DNA of 64,000 bases from Azolla caroliniana. Taxonomy: Eukaryota; Plantae; Polypodiophyta. The position numbers were made by a program, and so were the translations under genes. Position 1 is the first letter of the stretch, and each line of letters begins with the position of its first letter. The stretch lies in the NCBI GenBank assembly GCA_043228905.1, contig JBHGNT010000001.1, positions 30,566,001-30,630,000 on the forward strand. The letters are read 5' to 3'. Below, one piece after another: positions 13,292 through 28,095 of this stretch. The notes beneath the pieces were generated by a model that was not told the origin of the DNA, did not search any database, and saw only the letters and a list, made by a program, of their open reading frames with translations.

Positions 13292-15967
13292 CCACATAAA
13301 AACTCCCCCACCTTATAAATGTATAAGTTATAACTATGCTAATCCATATTCTTTACTAATGCCCCCCCCCCCCCCCTCCCAAAATTAAGGACGTCCTTTG
13401 GGACATTTGTTGTCCCTCATTCTTGGCCACAATCACTTGCATAAATGTTCGGACCCCTTCACCATTAGGGTTGCAAGGTTCACATTGCGTGGAAGCCAAG
13501 AAAAAGTTATGAAGAAATGAATATTGTTGCCTTCGAGTTAACTACTTTGTTAAATATTGGAAGATTCCATTCTTGTTCTAAAAATGGCAACTAACTCATA
13601 TATTCACAAGTCCTTGGGAACGAGATGAAAACCAATGGACCTAGATCAAAGACTCAACACAAACAAAGCTGGTATTTGCATGGATGTACTTTTAATTTTT
13701 CATCAATCTCCATAGCTATGTGCAAATTTCCATTTTTTTGTCGTGAGGGCAATTGCATGTATTCTCAAGTTCGTGTTGGCAAAGAGTCTCACCATTTGAT
13801 GCAACTAGAAATTGAAGTACAACATTGTACTTACTAAACCCTCGTCTTGAAAATATGGGTTTGCCTATGATAAATTTTGGTTTTCCATTTATAATGACCT
13901 ACTTGGGATAGATGACTTGCGTGGCTATGTGAATAGAGTGAGCATTAAGTTCTCATGAAACTAAGCTTGCACCCTCTTCATTACATGTGATAAAATATTA
14001 TTTAAAAAACAATGAATGCAAAACAAGTGAAATCTCTTGCCATTTTCTCCGTTGGATTATGTTTTGGCATTATGAACCATTTGGGTAAGTTGGAATCATG
14101 TAGTACTTGGACAACTACCTATTGTTGACTTTTGTCTTTTCAAGTCCTCTTTAAGACCATCTCATTTATGATTGTCTCCAACTTTATTTTGAGTGTATTC
14201 GTATGTGATAGCATAAAATGAGATGTTGGCTTCCCACTCATTCCAAGGGTAGTAATTCTCTTATGTCAAGTGCTAAGATTTTTCAATAGTAAATAATTGG
14301 ACTCGGGACTCAATTTTACTTGGTAATACCAAGGATGGGACTCAATGTTCACAAGGATAACCAAGGAACATCACGTGCGCAATTCTTTATGATAGAGTTG
14401 TGGAAGTCCACATAAATTTGTTCACATATCATAACTATCATCAACTAACCAAGTCCACTAGCAGGTGTCTAAAAGGTATTTACACATAAATTCTACATGG
14501 ATGGGGTACTTGGCATACTAAAGCCTACTATTTAGCCTAGCTCTTGATTCATTTGAGATCCCTATTCAATTATTGCCTTCATAGCCTTTTGTTGTAAATG
14601 ACCAACTTTGAATGGTGAGGGGTTAATGCACAAGCGAACGATTCAACAAGTAAGGATAATAAATGCATCAGAACTTGTTATTAGAATCCAATAATTGTCA
14701 ACTTGCAAAGACATGAGGTATTAGTTCATTGCTTTTCCATCAAGGCCATCGCACTTCCTGTTTTCAAAAACCAACACAATTAAATTTGAATATGTTTAAG
14801 AAAAACTTCAACAACCAATGCTTAAAGGGAAATCATGAGTTCAAGTAGGCTCACTCCACAACAAGAGTGTTCATTATAATAATTATGTTACAGATCTATA
14901 ATTGCAATGTGAGATACTCAAAGAGGCAAGCAAAAGTGTACATCCTAGATCTCATTAGCTTAACCATTGTGTCCTAACGTGTTTTAGATCTTTGAAGCCA
15001 ATATAATATCTTTATAGCTTAGCAATCATGTTATAATATCTAAGTTCATTCTTATTCATGATCAAGCACATAGCGAGGTGATGATTATTCAAAATACAAC
15101 AATGCAACATATTGATATGAGAATTTTGCAATGTGGCGTGTATTGATCCCAGTTCATCACTCCTTACTATTGTGAATAGTGGTTACTTTCTGCAATCCAC
15201 TTCCAATACGTTCTAGACTAATGTCAAAATCATCTCGATAAGATGGCTTAATAGCTAAAACTGCTCCCTGAATCATGTGTGATATTATCGAGAGAAATAC
15301 TCCAAAGCATTTCAACACCATGTTTACAAATGGGAAACTTGGCAAGATGTGTGCAATATTGGAAAACAACATTCTATAGACCAATAACATAAAACTATCA
15401 AAGATTAAAAAAACTGGTAGAACCTTGTTAAGTACAATGCCATTGCCACAAAGGAACAGAGTAAGTACATAACATTTCTTCACCAGTGGCAAAAGAACAT
15501 AACATTTATTCACCAAAAGACATGGTGCCCGAATCAAAACATTTGAGAGGATAAGTAGTTGAGCCCAAATATACTTATCAAACCCAAGATGTATCAATTT
15601 GAATGTCATCTTGAAATGATACATGGCTACAGAGGATGTAAATTGGTTGAATGGAAATGCCACCTCTATAACACTAAAATAATCGTTACTGCAGTGAGAT
15701 GAAAACTTCCCAAAACTCCATCCATTCTTGGCACAGTGCTCTAAAGACAATGGAATGAAAACCTCATCTTTTCCGCTACAGATTTACCATCTAAGAAGCT
15801 TTCTGCAAATACACATCTGAACTTCTTTTTTCCTGTGATAAAGATTGCATTCATCCACAAAACCTTTTTGGCTTATCATATTACCCCAACTGTAACATGC
15901 TCAAATGCTTACCCTCGTCCCATTAAAATATTAACCTCTATGTTATAGACCTTCACTTCATCTTCTC

Positions 15968-18891
15968 TCACTCTTTCCCTCCATCTTTATGAGATTCAAA
16001 CTTCTGTGGCTTGGATCCTTTGCTATCAGAATCCAAATCATCTGAATCGTCAAAATCAGTACCAAACTCATCATCATCTTTGTTGTCCTTATTTCCATCA
16101 TCATCTTTGTTGTCCTTATTATATTCACATAGAAACTGCGCAATCTTCCTGTTCCTGATTTGTCCTTGTCCCCAGCTAGACGATATTCTCTCAGGCTGTA
16201 TATCATGAGAACTATCTCTTTTTGTATCATGTTGAAGAATACCATTCTTAATGATTTTTGGCTTGCCTGCTTCGTCGACAGACTGCCTACTACTATTATT
16301 CAATTGAAATGAATTATCTGTTTCTGTCTCTACTTCATCACTTAATCCTAAGCCATCATCATCATTGTCACTCTCTTCTTCTTGATCATTAGCTTCATCG
16401 CATTTTAAAGATTCTCTTTCTCGCAACTTATTCTCCGTATGCATAAAAAGTTGTGTCTCTGCTGTAACAAGTTCTTTGGCAACCCGAGGTCTTTGTTTAT
16501 GATCATGCAGTGCAGGAACAGCAGTCCAAGCTATTGATTTGACTTTGTTCTCGACTTCAGGGCTCTTTTCCTCGGCCTTTTTGTAGTCACACTTTTCATC
16601 TTCTGCAATTAAGACATCACATGATGCAGAATAACTGTTAGGGAAGGGAAAAAATAAAAGATAACTGAGGATATTTCTGTTAATAATGAGCATCGCAACT
16701 AGTTTAACATTCACTCTTCATTATAATTCTCAAAGGTGTAAGGTCCCATTGCAAGAAGCTAATATTAGAGTGAATCAATCTCATTTAGTTCAACTCTATT
16801 CAATCTGATCTGCACAAGTATAGGTTTTACATTGAAAGTGTTAGGCCATGTTCCCTTCAACAGAATAAATGCTCTACTGAGTCTCTCAGTGTGATACATC
16901 CCAACTTCTCATTGCCCTCGAGTTCCAAAAGTAAAGAGAAAACATCCACACGAAGTGCAATACAAAACCTCCCACATTTTAAATACAAAACTCCATCTTG
17001 GACTTTTCAGCCATTACAAAATATTGTCAATCCCTTCATAGATAGTAAGTACAGCCAGTCTCTAGTGGCAGTAAGTACATTCTACTTTCTTGGGTGATTC
17101 AGCTTCTAACAAAAAAACTGTACAATTGATGAGCATCGGGATATAGATCAGATGAACAAAACTAAGTCAGCAAACATCGCATTTACCCAACGCATACAAT
17201 ATTAATACAATAATGCAGACAGACATCCTCCACCTGATAGTTCATCTTCATCCAGACTGTCAGTTTCCCAGCTGAAACCACCGTCATCACTGGAAATTTC
17301 ATCATACTCAGCTCCAGGAATCATTTCAGACTTTAGTGGTGTGCTAACCTCACCACCCTGTTGGATGCTTTCTTTTTGTTTCCGCCGCAAAGTTAGCAAT
17401 TCACCATCTAAGTTCTTTATGTTCTCATCTATCATATCAAGAGCCTGAAGAAACTTTGACTTGAACAGTGCCTGAGCAAACACATGAAGACATGTTACTT
17501 TATACACAGGATTAATCATTAAAAATTATGACACAAACACATACACCATCAGCACCAATCTCCCAAATAAAATACTAAGACTTTGAAAACAAATGAAAAA
17601 GCAATGGAGCCTCACCTTTCTCTTCGTTAGGGTATTTTTCGGAATCATTTCTGTCTTGGGTTGTTTGTAGTTTCTGCCACGATACATTATGATGTTAGTT
17701 TTCTGATGAATATCAATAACAATTCCTCCACTAAGCACTGCTAGCTGTTTTGCAATGGTTCTCATATCCTCTCTCTTGAAAATATGGCAATCAACTTGAA
17801 CAGTCTCATGAAATTTCCAATGCATATGCATATTCTGTACAACACCACCATACACTCCCCTCCTTCCTATAGGTGCATAATTCCTATTCTTGTATCCTAT
17901 CTTTTTTAGGGCTTGAAGTTGTTCTGGAGTAATTAATTCAGGGTCATGAACTGGTTCTGGATCATCCTCTAGCTCATATTTTTTGAGACGTTGCAACAAG
18001 ACTGCTCTCTTTCTGTTCGCCTACAAAAACCATCCAATCAAATGTCATGAATAAGAGAGGCCAGGATTACCATATCTCGTCATCAAATGTTAAGCATGAT
18101 TTCAATTAGACGTTTAGAGGTAATAAATGAAGCCAACATTGATTGATTGAAATGTAAATTCTCAATTTTATTCGTATTAGACTCTCTTTGGAGTACATCA
18201 TCTTCATTAAGAATGATTTTATAGCCCATGAGATAAGAGGATGTTAACCTACATCTTATAGGATGCAGCTATATGGTTACTACTAGAGACTTGTTTATAC
18301 CTTCTTAAGTCTCCAAAGGATCTTTTCTTCGGGAGACATGGAAGCTCGCATTAGCTTTGTCTTTCTCCTTAGTAACTGAAACTCTCTTCGGGCCAAATCT
18401 CTCTTCTTCCTATCAAACCTAGTTTGTGCGGTAGCCATAGACCGAACAAACTGACAAGTATTTCCATTCTTGGATGAATAAAAGGCTGAAAATGGCGTGA
18501 ATTTACCATAGATTTCACAAATCCAACTCGAGAAAAGGAACTTCGATTGTGCTGGATGAGGAGGAGGAGACGTAGCAAAGAGAAACTTTTTTTGTGAAGA
18601 AAAACCTTCTTCTTCCTGAATCTTTGAGTTACAAGATCTGTGCGGAAATTCGAAAAATAATGGGAATGTTATGAATAATAATAAAAAGCTCCTGATTGTG
18701 CAGAAGGAGACAAAGAGCGGTAAAAAGGAGGAATTCTACCTGAATGAAGGAAACCCCAAAAGAAGAAAGAAATATGAAAGCAAGAGAAAATGGGAGAAGG
18801 GCAAAAACTCTTACCTGATGGGAGGAGAGGTGAGGGAGTGAGTGGTGAGAAGGGAAGAGCGTCGAGATAAACCGCCTCTCGACATCGCCAT
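15968..18891 (-). CDS. CRM (CRS1/YhbY) domain organellar RNA-splicing factor, CFM9-like, with acidic C-terminus; exons ~18891-18815, 18637-18301, 18020-17616, 17471-17234, 16602-15968
   Basis: SPEEKILWRLKK...PELITPEQLQALKKIGYKNRNYAPIGRRGVYGGVVQNMHMHWKFHETVQV...MYRGRNYKQPK...NTLTKRK|ALFK. The N-terminus MAMSRGGLSRRSSLL is Arg/Ser-rich and presequence-like. Splice phases are consistent. The subfamily call comes from memory of the Arabidopsis sequence. Confidence 0.88.
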
Positions 18892-19975
18892 GGGAACGAA
18901 CGGAGCGACAGATAGAAAGGATTGGGGAAGGGGAAGGGGAAGGGGATGTTTTCTTTAACTAGGGTTTCTGAATGCAGAGCAGAGCTTTCACAAAACAGGG
19001 TTTAAGAAATCAGAGCTTTTAGGGGGGGTTGTTTCGGCTAGGGTGGTTTAAGAAAGCAGAGGTTTTATGAGGGGGGGCAGGGGAGACGAGACAACAAAAC
19101 AGGGTTTAAGCATTTTACATATATCTCTATTCGTACATAGTATGAAATAATGAACCATACGTCCATTCGCATTCGAGAATGTTATACGTATGGTAAATAC
19201 CATACTTTTGTATCCATTATTTATTAGGTAATGTTTTTTTTAAGGTAAAAACTGTAAACAAAAACATAAGAATGTTTTGATAACCTTTCCATTCGTATGA
19301 AAAAAAAAAGAATGTTTGCCAATACATTCGAGTATGTTACGTACTATGCTTGATTCATATTTGCTTTGTTTACAAGACGAAGAACAAAAAGCAGGAAGAA
19401 ATTATTTTTTTGGCTTAGGATTCTTTGTTTTGTTTAGTTGCTTTCGCAAAAAGTTCATCGCAACGGGGGCCTTCTCATCCTCGATGGCTGGACCTTTTTC
19501 CCTTACAAACAACTATAGATTGACATTTCGGTGTAGTGCTTCTCGGAAATCCTTCACAAATCGCTTGGTTTGGTGGTTCACAACATCATGATCATCATCA
19601 AAGACCACCACCACATGCATATTCTCACAGATACACAGGATTAAGCCCTCGGGTTAATCATAGAGGGATTATCACCATTTGTGTCTTTCATTGCTTTCGG
19701 AAATCAGGAGGTCCCAATCTTGTCCCTCAATAACAAATTATATACAGTTCATTAATTGTGATGCACCACCAAAAACATGGTCCTTTGAAAAGAACTTATA
19801 ATTGCTTTGGCTTCATCTGTTGGGGGTTTGAGTAGCAGAATCAATCATTCCATCTTCGCTACTAACTGAAAGGCCATGACGGCTCATCCATGAAAGCATA
19901 TACATATATACATATATGTACATATGGTGCGAGAAGGCGTGTTGAGCCAGCTATAGCCATAGCCATAGCTAGCAC
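18892..19975. promoter_or_regulatory. ~1.1-kb divergent intergenic/promoter region with a telo-box
   Basis: Head-to-head ATGs at 18891(-) and 19976(+). TAGGGTTT at 18960-18967. ACAAAACAGGGTTTAAG occurs twice (~18989 and ~19094). Confidence 0.5.
19136..19348. mobile_element. Possible degenerate MITE (CATAGTA termini)
   Basis: catagtatgaaata at 19136 versus the reverse complement of the right end, catagtacgtaacata (ends 19348). Internal CATTCGAG/TACG repeats. No TSD found. Confidence 0.3.
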
Positions 19976-22900
19976 ATGGATCGCGAGAGGAAGAGACTGC
20001 ACCTCCGGCACTTCCTCCCTCCCAGCCTCTGTAGAGTATATACCCCCCCCCCTCTCTCTGTCCTACAACAATCATGTCAGATCGGATGTGTTTTGCCTGC
20101 CTTGTCCTGTACATGATTTAATTCACTAAATATAAAATAAGGACTTTTAACCAATTGAGAACGCAGGAGCTTCTGTTCATCCACAAGAGCTGTGGTGTGG
20201 CTGGATACCGTCCTTTCGTGCTATCTACAACTCTTCTTCATCTTGTTGCCACAAATTGCTCTTCTTTCATCATGCCTTTCATCCCAGTCAGAGGTAAGCC
20301 TTTTTTACTCATGTTTTTGCTGCCATGGCTTTCTTCTGTCAAATTCTCAATGCCATGGCTGTTCCATGAATTCAAGCAATGATATTGCGTGTGCAATGCA
20401 TTTCATTTTCCACCAAATCCGATTTAATCCGCCAATTAAAAACAGACAAGAGTGAGGATAGAGAGAAAATCTATTAAATAAGCTTAAACGAACACTAAAA
20501 CAAGCCATCCTAATCAGGCCATAGCTGAGATGTCTGTGTGGACAGGTTGGAGGTCACGAGCTGTTCAGTACAACAATCTAGCATGTAGTTAGGAGAAGTG
20601 ATATATGGTGTAAGGAAGCAAGATATCAAACCCATGACCTTGAATTGATAGTTGACATAGCTTACCATTATGATAAAAATAAGGAATAGAGAAGAAAAGA
20701 GAGAAATCATGCTATAGATACGAAGGGAGAAAATGTTGCAATAAGATGTAAAGCTTGACTTAAAAAACGAGACTGGTTCAATTACTAAGAAAGATTACTA
20801 TGTGGGAAAGTAAATATTATCTATAAAAAAGGTTCTTTTCTTCCTAGTTTTGTGAATGTCGAACTTTATTTATTTAATTTTCCATCAATGCGTCCTATCA
20901 CTGTATGCTTGAATTCAGTGGTTCACTTCAAAAATTGGTTAATGGATAATCAACAAGCTCCAAGATGGTTCATTGCTATAAATTTCTCTGATTGTCTCAG
21001 AAAGTTGGGGTTCTTTGCAGCTTTTAAAGATAAAAGTTTTTTTCTTTTGTTATTTCAGATGAAAGATTAGACAAAAGAAGTCTTTTTATTTTCAGTTTAG
21101 CTTTCTTATGAAGCAGTTCTTTTCTTTTAATTTTTAGAGTGGGGTTTCATTATCATTTTTGCCCAGCTGGTTGGTGTTTTCATAAATCATAGATAAAAAA
21201 GCAGTGACATTCTAGTGGACTTGTTCTTTTACAGAAGATGAGTAACCATTCCTTATAACTTGATTTAAAATGAGGAATAAATTCTTAAAACTATGTTAGG
21301 TTTAGTATATAATTCTTGTCTCCTTTTTGTTTCTTGTCCATCTGAAATATGCATTCATAGCATGGAGAAGCGAATAGCCTATTTTATCATTATCTAGATT
21401 TACTGTCATTTGACTTGAATTCAATGCATTGCTAAATTAAGGAAATTTATGGGGTGAGCCATAAAACAGCAATAGTGGTTTTATAGCAAAATTGACAGAT
21501 CAAATATTCTGTAACCTCTACGCTTCACACTAGACAGGTTGAAGGAATTGATTGAAGAACATTATGGATGTGAATATGAACTTTTTGTAGAATTTACGGG
21601 ATTAATAAGGTTAGTAAGTTTCAGAAATTTTCTCAAGTTTTGGTAACTATTTATCTTCTGTAAATGTTGATCACATTGCATATTTTGTCTTTTGTAGCTG
21701 GAAGAAAGGCGCAAAAATTGGATGGCACAGTGATAATGATAAACCATATTTGAAGCAAAGACATTTCACGGTACACTAAATCATTGACGTAAAGAACTTT
21801 CAAAGATTTTCACATGAAGAAATATGGAGGTGTTTGAGACTTTAGAAAACCATCATCCAATATATGTGTAACCAAGGAATGTAAAATCGATGAAATATGC
21901 CACTTATAAAATGGTTGAGGGGATCTATACATGCTTTGCATGAATAAGTTAATATGACAGTTATATGCTAATAATGCTAAATTTACAACTTCCCTTTGCA
22001 AAAAATATAGCCATTTAAGTGTGTGGTCAACATCAAGCTAGTTAAGATAGCCTATAATTAGAGTTATGATGTTTCTTATATGCAGGCTGTCTGCTATTTG
22101 AATAATCACGCAGATGATTTTCAGGGTGGTCTTTTTCATTTCCAAGAAGGTACACCATCAACAATTATACCAACAATAGGGGTAAGGAGCAATTGATTGT
22201 TATGTTCCATTTCCTTTTTGTGACTAGAAAATAGCAAAGTCTCTAATACCATGAAATAGTAATGCCTCTAATATGTCGTAGGAAAAACAGATATCCCATA
22301 CTTGTCCACAGTCCACTGTAAAAGATAAAGCTTCTTCAAAAGACTTCTACCCTCAGATAATATAGCTGATATTATTTTGCATGTTGTATCTCTCTACATA
22401 GCTCAACTTTACAAGGTCTGGTGCATGGTAGCTTGAATGCTCTGTGCCATAGCATGAAGTTGTCTGCCCAGCTGTAGTGCCCGATTGCAAGGTTAGTTAA
22501 CTGGTTGATATCATATTTATTATTGCTCATGGGGGACCAATCGTTCCATGGGACCAAGAAGACCAATTAAGGGATTCTCTCATTCCATAGTAGTATAGGG
22601 ACTAATTGCATACTCTTTCATATCATGGGATGTGACAAAGTCTTTTTTTTATTAAGCCCATATGACCAAGGTTGTTAGGTACGTTAGGTACGGTACGGAT
22701 ACCATACGTATTTAACGTATTAATACCCGTATAGTACCTCCCAATTTAAAAATACGTTAAATACGTTTTCTTAATATGTTAAATACTTATAAAATACGTA
22801 AAATACGTATAGTACGTTAAATACTTCTAGAATTTGAAAATTATTTACTTTTCTAAAAAATATCTATAATATTGTTAAAAAACAGCTATGTTTACACAAT

Positions 22901-25900
22901 TTTGTGATGTATAATATAGTTCTACATCCTAAAATGCATATAAGACATTTGAACATTTCACATCCTAAAATACTTGTAGTAATATGGATGTCGACATTCC
23001 CTTATTCTATAAATCAGTGTAAGTGTGTATCACGATGTTCTACTTCAAATTGTAATTATTTTCAATTATGCCTTCATAGATTGAGGAATTGTCTACGATT
23101 ATCACACTCATGATAGGTTTCTCTTTTCTTTGTTTTCTTATTCTTCTTCTTCTTCTTCTATCTTCTACGATTATCACACTCAGGACATGTTTATGTCTTC
23201 TTTTCTCTCTTCTTCTTCTTCATCTTCTTCATCGTCGTCTCTTCTATTCTTCTTTCTTCCTTCCTTTGGCTTCTTTTTCACTAAAATCTTTTTTTTCTTT
23301 TGCTTTTTAGGGTTGTATTTACATTTTCTTTATAAATACATATTATACCTGTTTTTTTATAAATACGTTAAATACCGTATTGGACAAATGTACATGATAT
23401 TTGACTGAACAACATGGAGGTATATAGTATGTACTATACAAATGATGAGGTACTATCTGTATTTAAACGTTAAATACGGGTACGTAAACAACCATGCATA
23501 TGACCTCTTGCAAAATTGGACAATATTGCTCTGGAAGTGTGCCACTATAGGAATAGTTATGTTAAGTTGTACTTTACTATTAATTCAATTTAATTTTCCT
23601 TCTTCCAAATCAATATGCACACAGGAATATTCCAACTTGTCTCTTTTGTGAGTCCTCATCCATTTTTATGCCATGCTTGTGGATCCTCTATGGGATGGCT
23701 GTATAGGGCTTCCTCAAGCATTTCCAAGCAGTAATGGATTACTATCTATCAGTGGGTGGTTTATGTCTTAGCCCCCCGTAATAGAATCTGTCCAGCATCA
23801 TACTATCTCCAAGTTCATAGAGAGCTAATCAATGACCAAAGAAAGAGAATGATAAGGCTGAGATGAGGAAGGTCCCATATGCCTCAACCGTGGGAAGCCT
23901 TTATTAACCTCCTCATGTGAAATGAAATGAAATGTGATGTTAAATTCTTCCAAAAGCCATGACCTCTCGAACCAAAAGTTACATTCATGTGAATATTGTA
24001 GAGTTCTGGTAAAACAAACCACATCTAAATTGTGCCTGCGGTGGGTAGCTTTCCTATGTAGAGATAGACGTTAAGAGGTCAAAATATGACCTATGGGACC
24101 AAAATATGAATTATTGGGTTAGCTCATCCTCGCATTCCATGGATATCCGTTTGAATTCCAAGAACATACCCGTCGAATACGCGAGTTAGTCCCATAGGTC
24201 ACGAGAGTTCCTATTTGCTCAAGGGTGTTCCCTCCTCTGTATCTTTCCATTTTCCATTAGATCTGTAACCTTACATTTTCTGTCTTTCTTTGTTACAATC
24301 AATTTGTTGTGTTATGTGTGTGAGAGAGAGAGAGAGCTTTTTTTATGGGCAGGATGCGCTCATCTATAAATCAGGGGATGTACACTGTGTGGATGAGGTA
24401 TGGCATTTTCTTTGTTTATGTTAGGATTTCTACTTTCTGAGGATGATGATATTATGGGATGTATTGGGGAATAAGAGTCTATGCTTGCATTAACATGTCA
24501 TGGTTATGTTGTTTCCAATATGCTCAAATATTCATCCATATTTTGTCCATTCTAAATTGTGTCCCTGGCATCTGACCTTGTCATAGAGCATAGAAAACCA
24601 TAGAATCTTGATGAGGAACAAAGGAAGACCAGCTGGTTTTTCTGTGGGTTCTTAATTACAATGAGGGATGCATATTTGGAGAGGGTAATTTTTACACATG
24701 GGAATGAGAGACAATCATTTTATGGGCCCAAAACAAGAAACCGGTCTTGTTGAGATTTTAAAAGTCACTTTAGCCTTTTAGAAGATTTGCTGAGGAGCCT
24801 AACCTTGAGAGAGGATTTGTAACTTTTGTCTTCTTTCCTCACTAGAATTATGTAAGTTCTAGAGGTGATTGATTCTCTTCGAGGGTTGTGGATTGTTTTT
24901 GTAAAGTTGTATGCCCAAAATATAACAGAGCAACACAAGTTGTGGAATATTGACAAGAATATCTACTTTTTTTCTTTGATTTCTTTTAGCTATGGTCACG
25001 TAATGAATTACTCTCAGTGCTACAGTAGCTGTCATAGGAAAGAGAGGATGTATTATAGGTATAGGACTCAAGTTTTGCAGTGCAAATTTCTAGATGACAG
25101 GATAAGAGAGAAATTTGCATATATTTAGGACACTGTATTGCTCTTTGAATGATGATGCATGAGAAAAGGTATATTCACCATGGTTCTCTGAATAAAGTCA
25201 CACATAGATCTAAATTAATCCAATAGTTACAGGTTGCTTCTTTGTTAGACACTACCTAAAATTATTTCTTAACAGAAGAATCTCAAATAGATTGAGATGA
25301 ATATGGAATATTTTTGTTCATTAGTGTAGGTTGAAGATGGAGAACGTTGCACATTAGCATTATGGTTTACTTTAGACAGCTCGTTTGATGAGGATGTGAA
25401 GATCTTGAACAGTATTACCAAATCCCAGCTATCAATACAAGATGTGTGCCATCAGCAGAATACAGGTATACGTTTTTGTTTATTTTACCTATCCAGATAT
25501 GACAATATACCAGTTTCCTTAGTGAATTATATGGAAGTTGGTTTCTACAGACAGCAATTATCCTCTGGATGATGTAGTAGGGATGCCTCTTTCAGCAGCA
25601 AGCAGTATGTATTTGCTTAGTTTTGGTAATCAGGAAAGTCAGAGATTTTCAAACATTTTTTCGGATTTAAGAGTAGCAAGAATAATGGAATCAGGATTTG
25701 AGATCTTTGTAACTATTAAGGACACAGTTGTAGCTGTTAAAAATATACCAAATCAAGTTACGAGTGAATATTTTGGAGACTTACAGGATGCCCTTGATAA
25801 ATCAGTTAATATAAAATTTGACGGGCATGAAATTCCATATATTTTCAAGAATGCTATTCATGCACTTCAGGTATGTGGTCATAAAATGAAAAATACATTC

Positions 25901-26647
25901 CTGATGCTAAATACATTTATTTTTGTGTAGCCATTATGTTATTAAATAGAATTGTTCTTGTGTTCATGTGTCGGCATATTTGACACATGCACTGTTTTCT
26001 ACATTAAAAACCAGTTGAATTTTGTAGCTTTTTTAAATCAGTTACTTTGCCCCCCAGGAAATCTTGTATTTATCCAAACCTTTTGATAATGATGTCAGTA
26101 AGGAACACAGAAGTTGGGTTTGCTGACCTTTTAAAATTTAAGTCATTACACTAGATACTAAGCCTGAGAATAACGACTTCTACAATATCGTACATGAGGT
26201 CATATACTCTTACAGACTAACAATTATAGAGCCATGAAGCAACATTCTATATTTCTCTTCATATATAGTCTTTACAGCATGATAATTGTTAGGGTTTGGG
26301 GATAGAAGTTACGGTTTATGGGAAAAAAGGGAAAGGATAAATCATATACACTGACATGCAAGGTGCAGCTCCCTAGGTTATTGAATATTCAAATTTGTGA
26401 TATGCAATCTTAATTACTGTTGCAGGTTCTATATTTCTGTGAATGGAAGAAGCATGAAATGGAACTTATGTGTGAAGAAAGTGTCTCTGGATCAATTGAG
26501 TTAAAGATTGATCACGAAGAACCCAAATTTGAAAACCTCTGGAAGATACAGGAATGGAATCAATACATGAATGTATGTTGGAGCAATATACAAAGATGCT
26601 ATCCAGCATGGAAACATCGAATGTGCATCGCTACAATTGACCCGTGA
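19976..26647 (+). CDS. 2-oxoglutarate/Fe(II) dioxygenase, prolyl-hydroxylase-like (At1g68080-type); exons ~19976-20035, 20167-20293, 21534-21609, 21698-21769, 22086-22181, 24353-24397, 25330-25465, 25551-25870, 26426-26647
   Basis: Spliced product MDRERKRLHLRHFLPPSLCR|ELLFIHKSCGVAGYRP...|DRLKELIEEHYGCEYELFVEFTGLIS|WKKGAKIGWHSDNDKPYLKQRHFT|AVCYLN...FQGGLFHF...|DVHCVDE|VEDGERCTLALWF. The HxD...H facial triad and the 2OG-binding Arg are intact. Confidence 0.92.
22667..23496. mobile_element. Non-autonomous hAT-type DNA transposon (830 bp) in intron 5 of the dioxygenase
   Basis: Perfect 8-bp TSD CATATGAC at 22659-22666 and 23497-23504. TIR CAAGGTTGTT / AACAACCATG (9/10 match). Many subterminal AATACG(T) repeats. 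Confidence 0.9.
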
Positions 26648-28095
26648 GTTGGAGAACCTCATTTGATCTTGTATGAGGAAACTGAGGAACCAGTGAGTTG
26701 TTTTGGATATTGGGGCATGTGCAAAGCACATTGACAGAGTTGAATATATTGTGGCACAAATTTATGATGATTTGAATTCGGGATTTATATACGAGTTTCT
26801 CCTTATTTGTGTGCATGATCCATTAATTCTTCATTTAATGTCGTTGACATGTGATAATAATTTGTGTTTGGTTGCGTTTTGTATCTATGCTGCCACGGCC
26901 CATTAGATGATAAAATCTAGGTGAAATGACCTGTGTTGAGGACTATCAACATCTGTGTTTAGGTATGCTGCATCATTGAAACACTATTTAATGTTCTATC
27001 GAGTCTTTCAAGATCATTATTATGTTTTGGCTTGAAAGTAAGAAAGTTACATAAACCTCATGTTAATTCATTACTATTATGAAAGTCAAATAATCTTCAA
27101 ACTACTTATATGCAGGCTAAAGCAACAATTACAAAGGACATACTCACAGTAATAGTGATCACATGGACCAAACTTAAGTTGGATTACGGAGAATTGATGC
27201 TTTATGCACAACATTATATATTTAGAGAACAAAGTCAAGGAGCACAAGGGAAATAGAAGGTACAGAAAGGTGTATGGAGAAGTTGGAAAAGAAAGAATCA
27301 ACAGCAAAAATGTGGACTAGAAAGTAGTAATATTCAAATTATGATTCTAGGTTAGACTTCAAGAAAGAAATATTGATGAGGAGCATGCAGAATGTGCAAA
27401 GGATTGAATCGGCACACAAGGATGATATTGATTCTTGTTGGTCATGAAGAAGGGCATTGGGCATTGCAACGAGGGGATGATCTAACAACCATCATTGAGA
27501 CGGTGGATGTATATGAATAGGGAAAAGAGAACTTTTACATATTTGACAGATTACAACTCTGGAAAACATGGCATAGCAACAATTAGGTTTGTCATGATGT
27601 GCTTAGGGAAGTTGTTATGTTTTATTAGGATCTTTTTGGTTTTTGTCTTTCAAACATCCAAAGATGTAAAAGAACCAAATAATTTGGTCCAAGGTAACAA
27701 AGTAGGAACTAAACATTTCCTTAATTGTAAGCCATTAAACTTTAGGTACAATAAATACCAAATAGAATGTTGAGTGAAAGATGGGGAGGTGAGTCAGACT
27801 CATGCATGAAAATAGAAAGCTCAAGCGCGTGTGAACGTCAAATATTGAATATATAAAAGAGGAAGTAGAAGAACCGATTAAAAGACGACAGGCAAAAAGC
27901 TATGATATGCTTGCTATATATATATATATAACAAATATTGGTTAGATGTAAAATATTTTTGTGGAGCTTCATGAAAGCTAGTTAGCTAACCATAAATACT
28001 TAGAGAGGAGTCGATGAGAGGAGTCTTATGTCATGACTGAAGATTCCTAGCGCTTGTACATGAACAAACTGTGATTTTGGGTCACAAAAACAATC

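Noticed and set aside
15157-15750. 197-aa minus-strand ORF downstream of the CRM gene
   Set aside because: Starts at a non-ATG codon, has the hydrophobic composition typical of T-rich DNA and no recognisable motif; probably 3'-UTR or intergenic.
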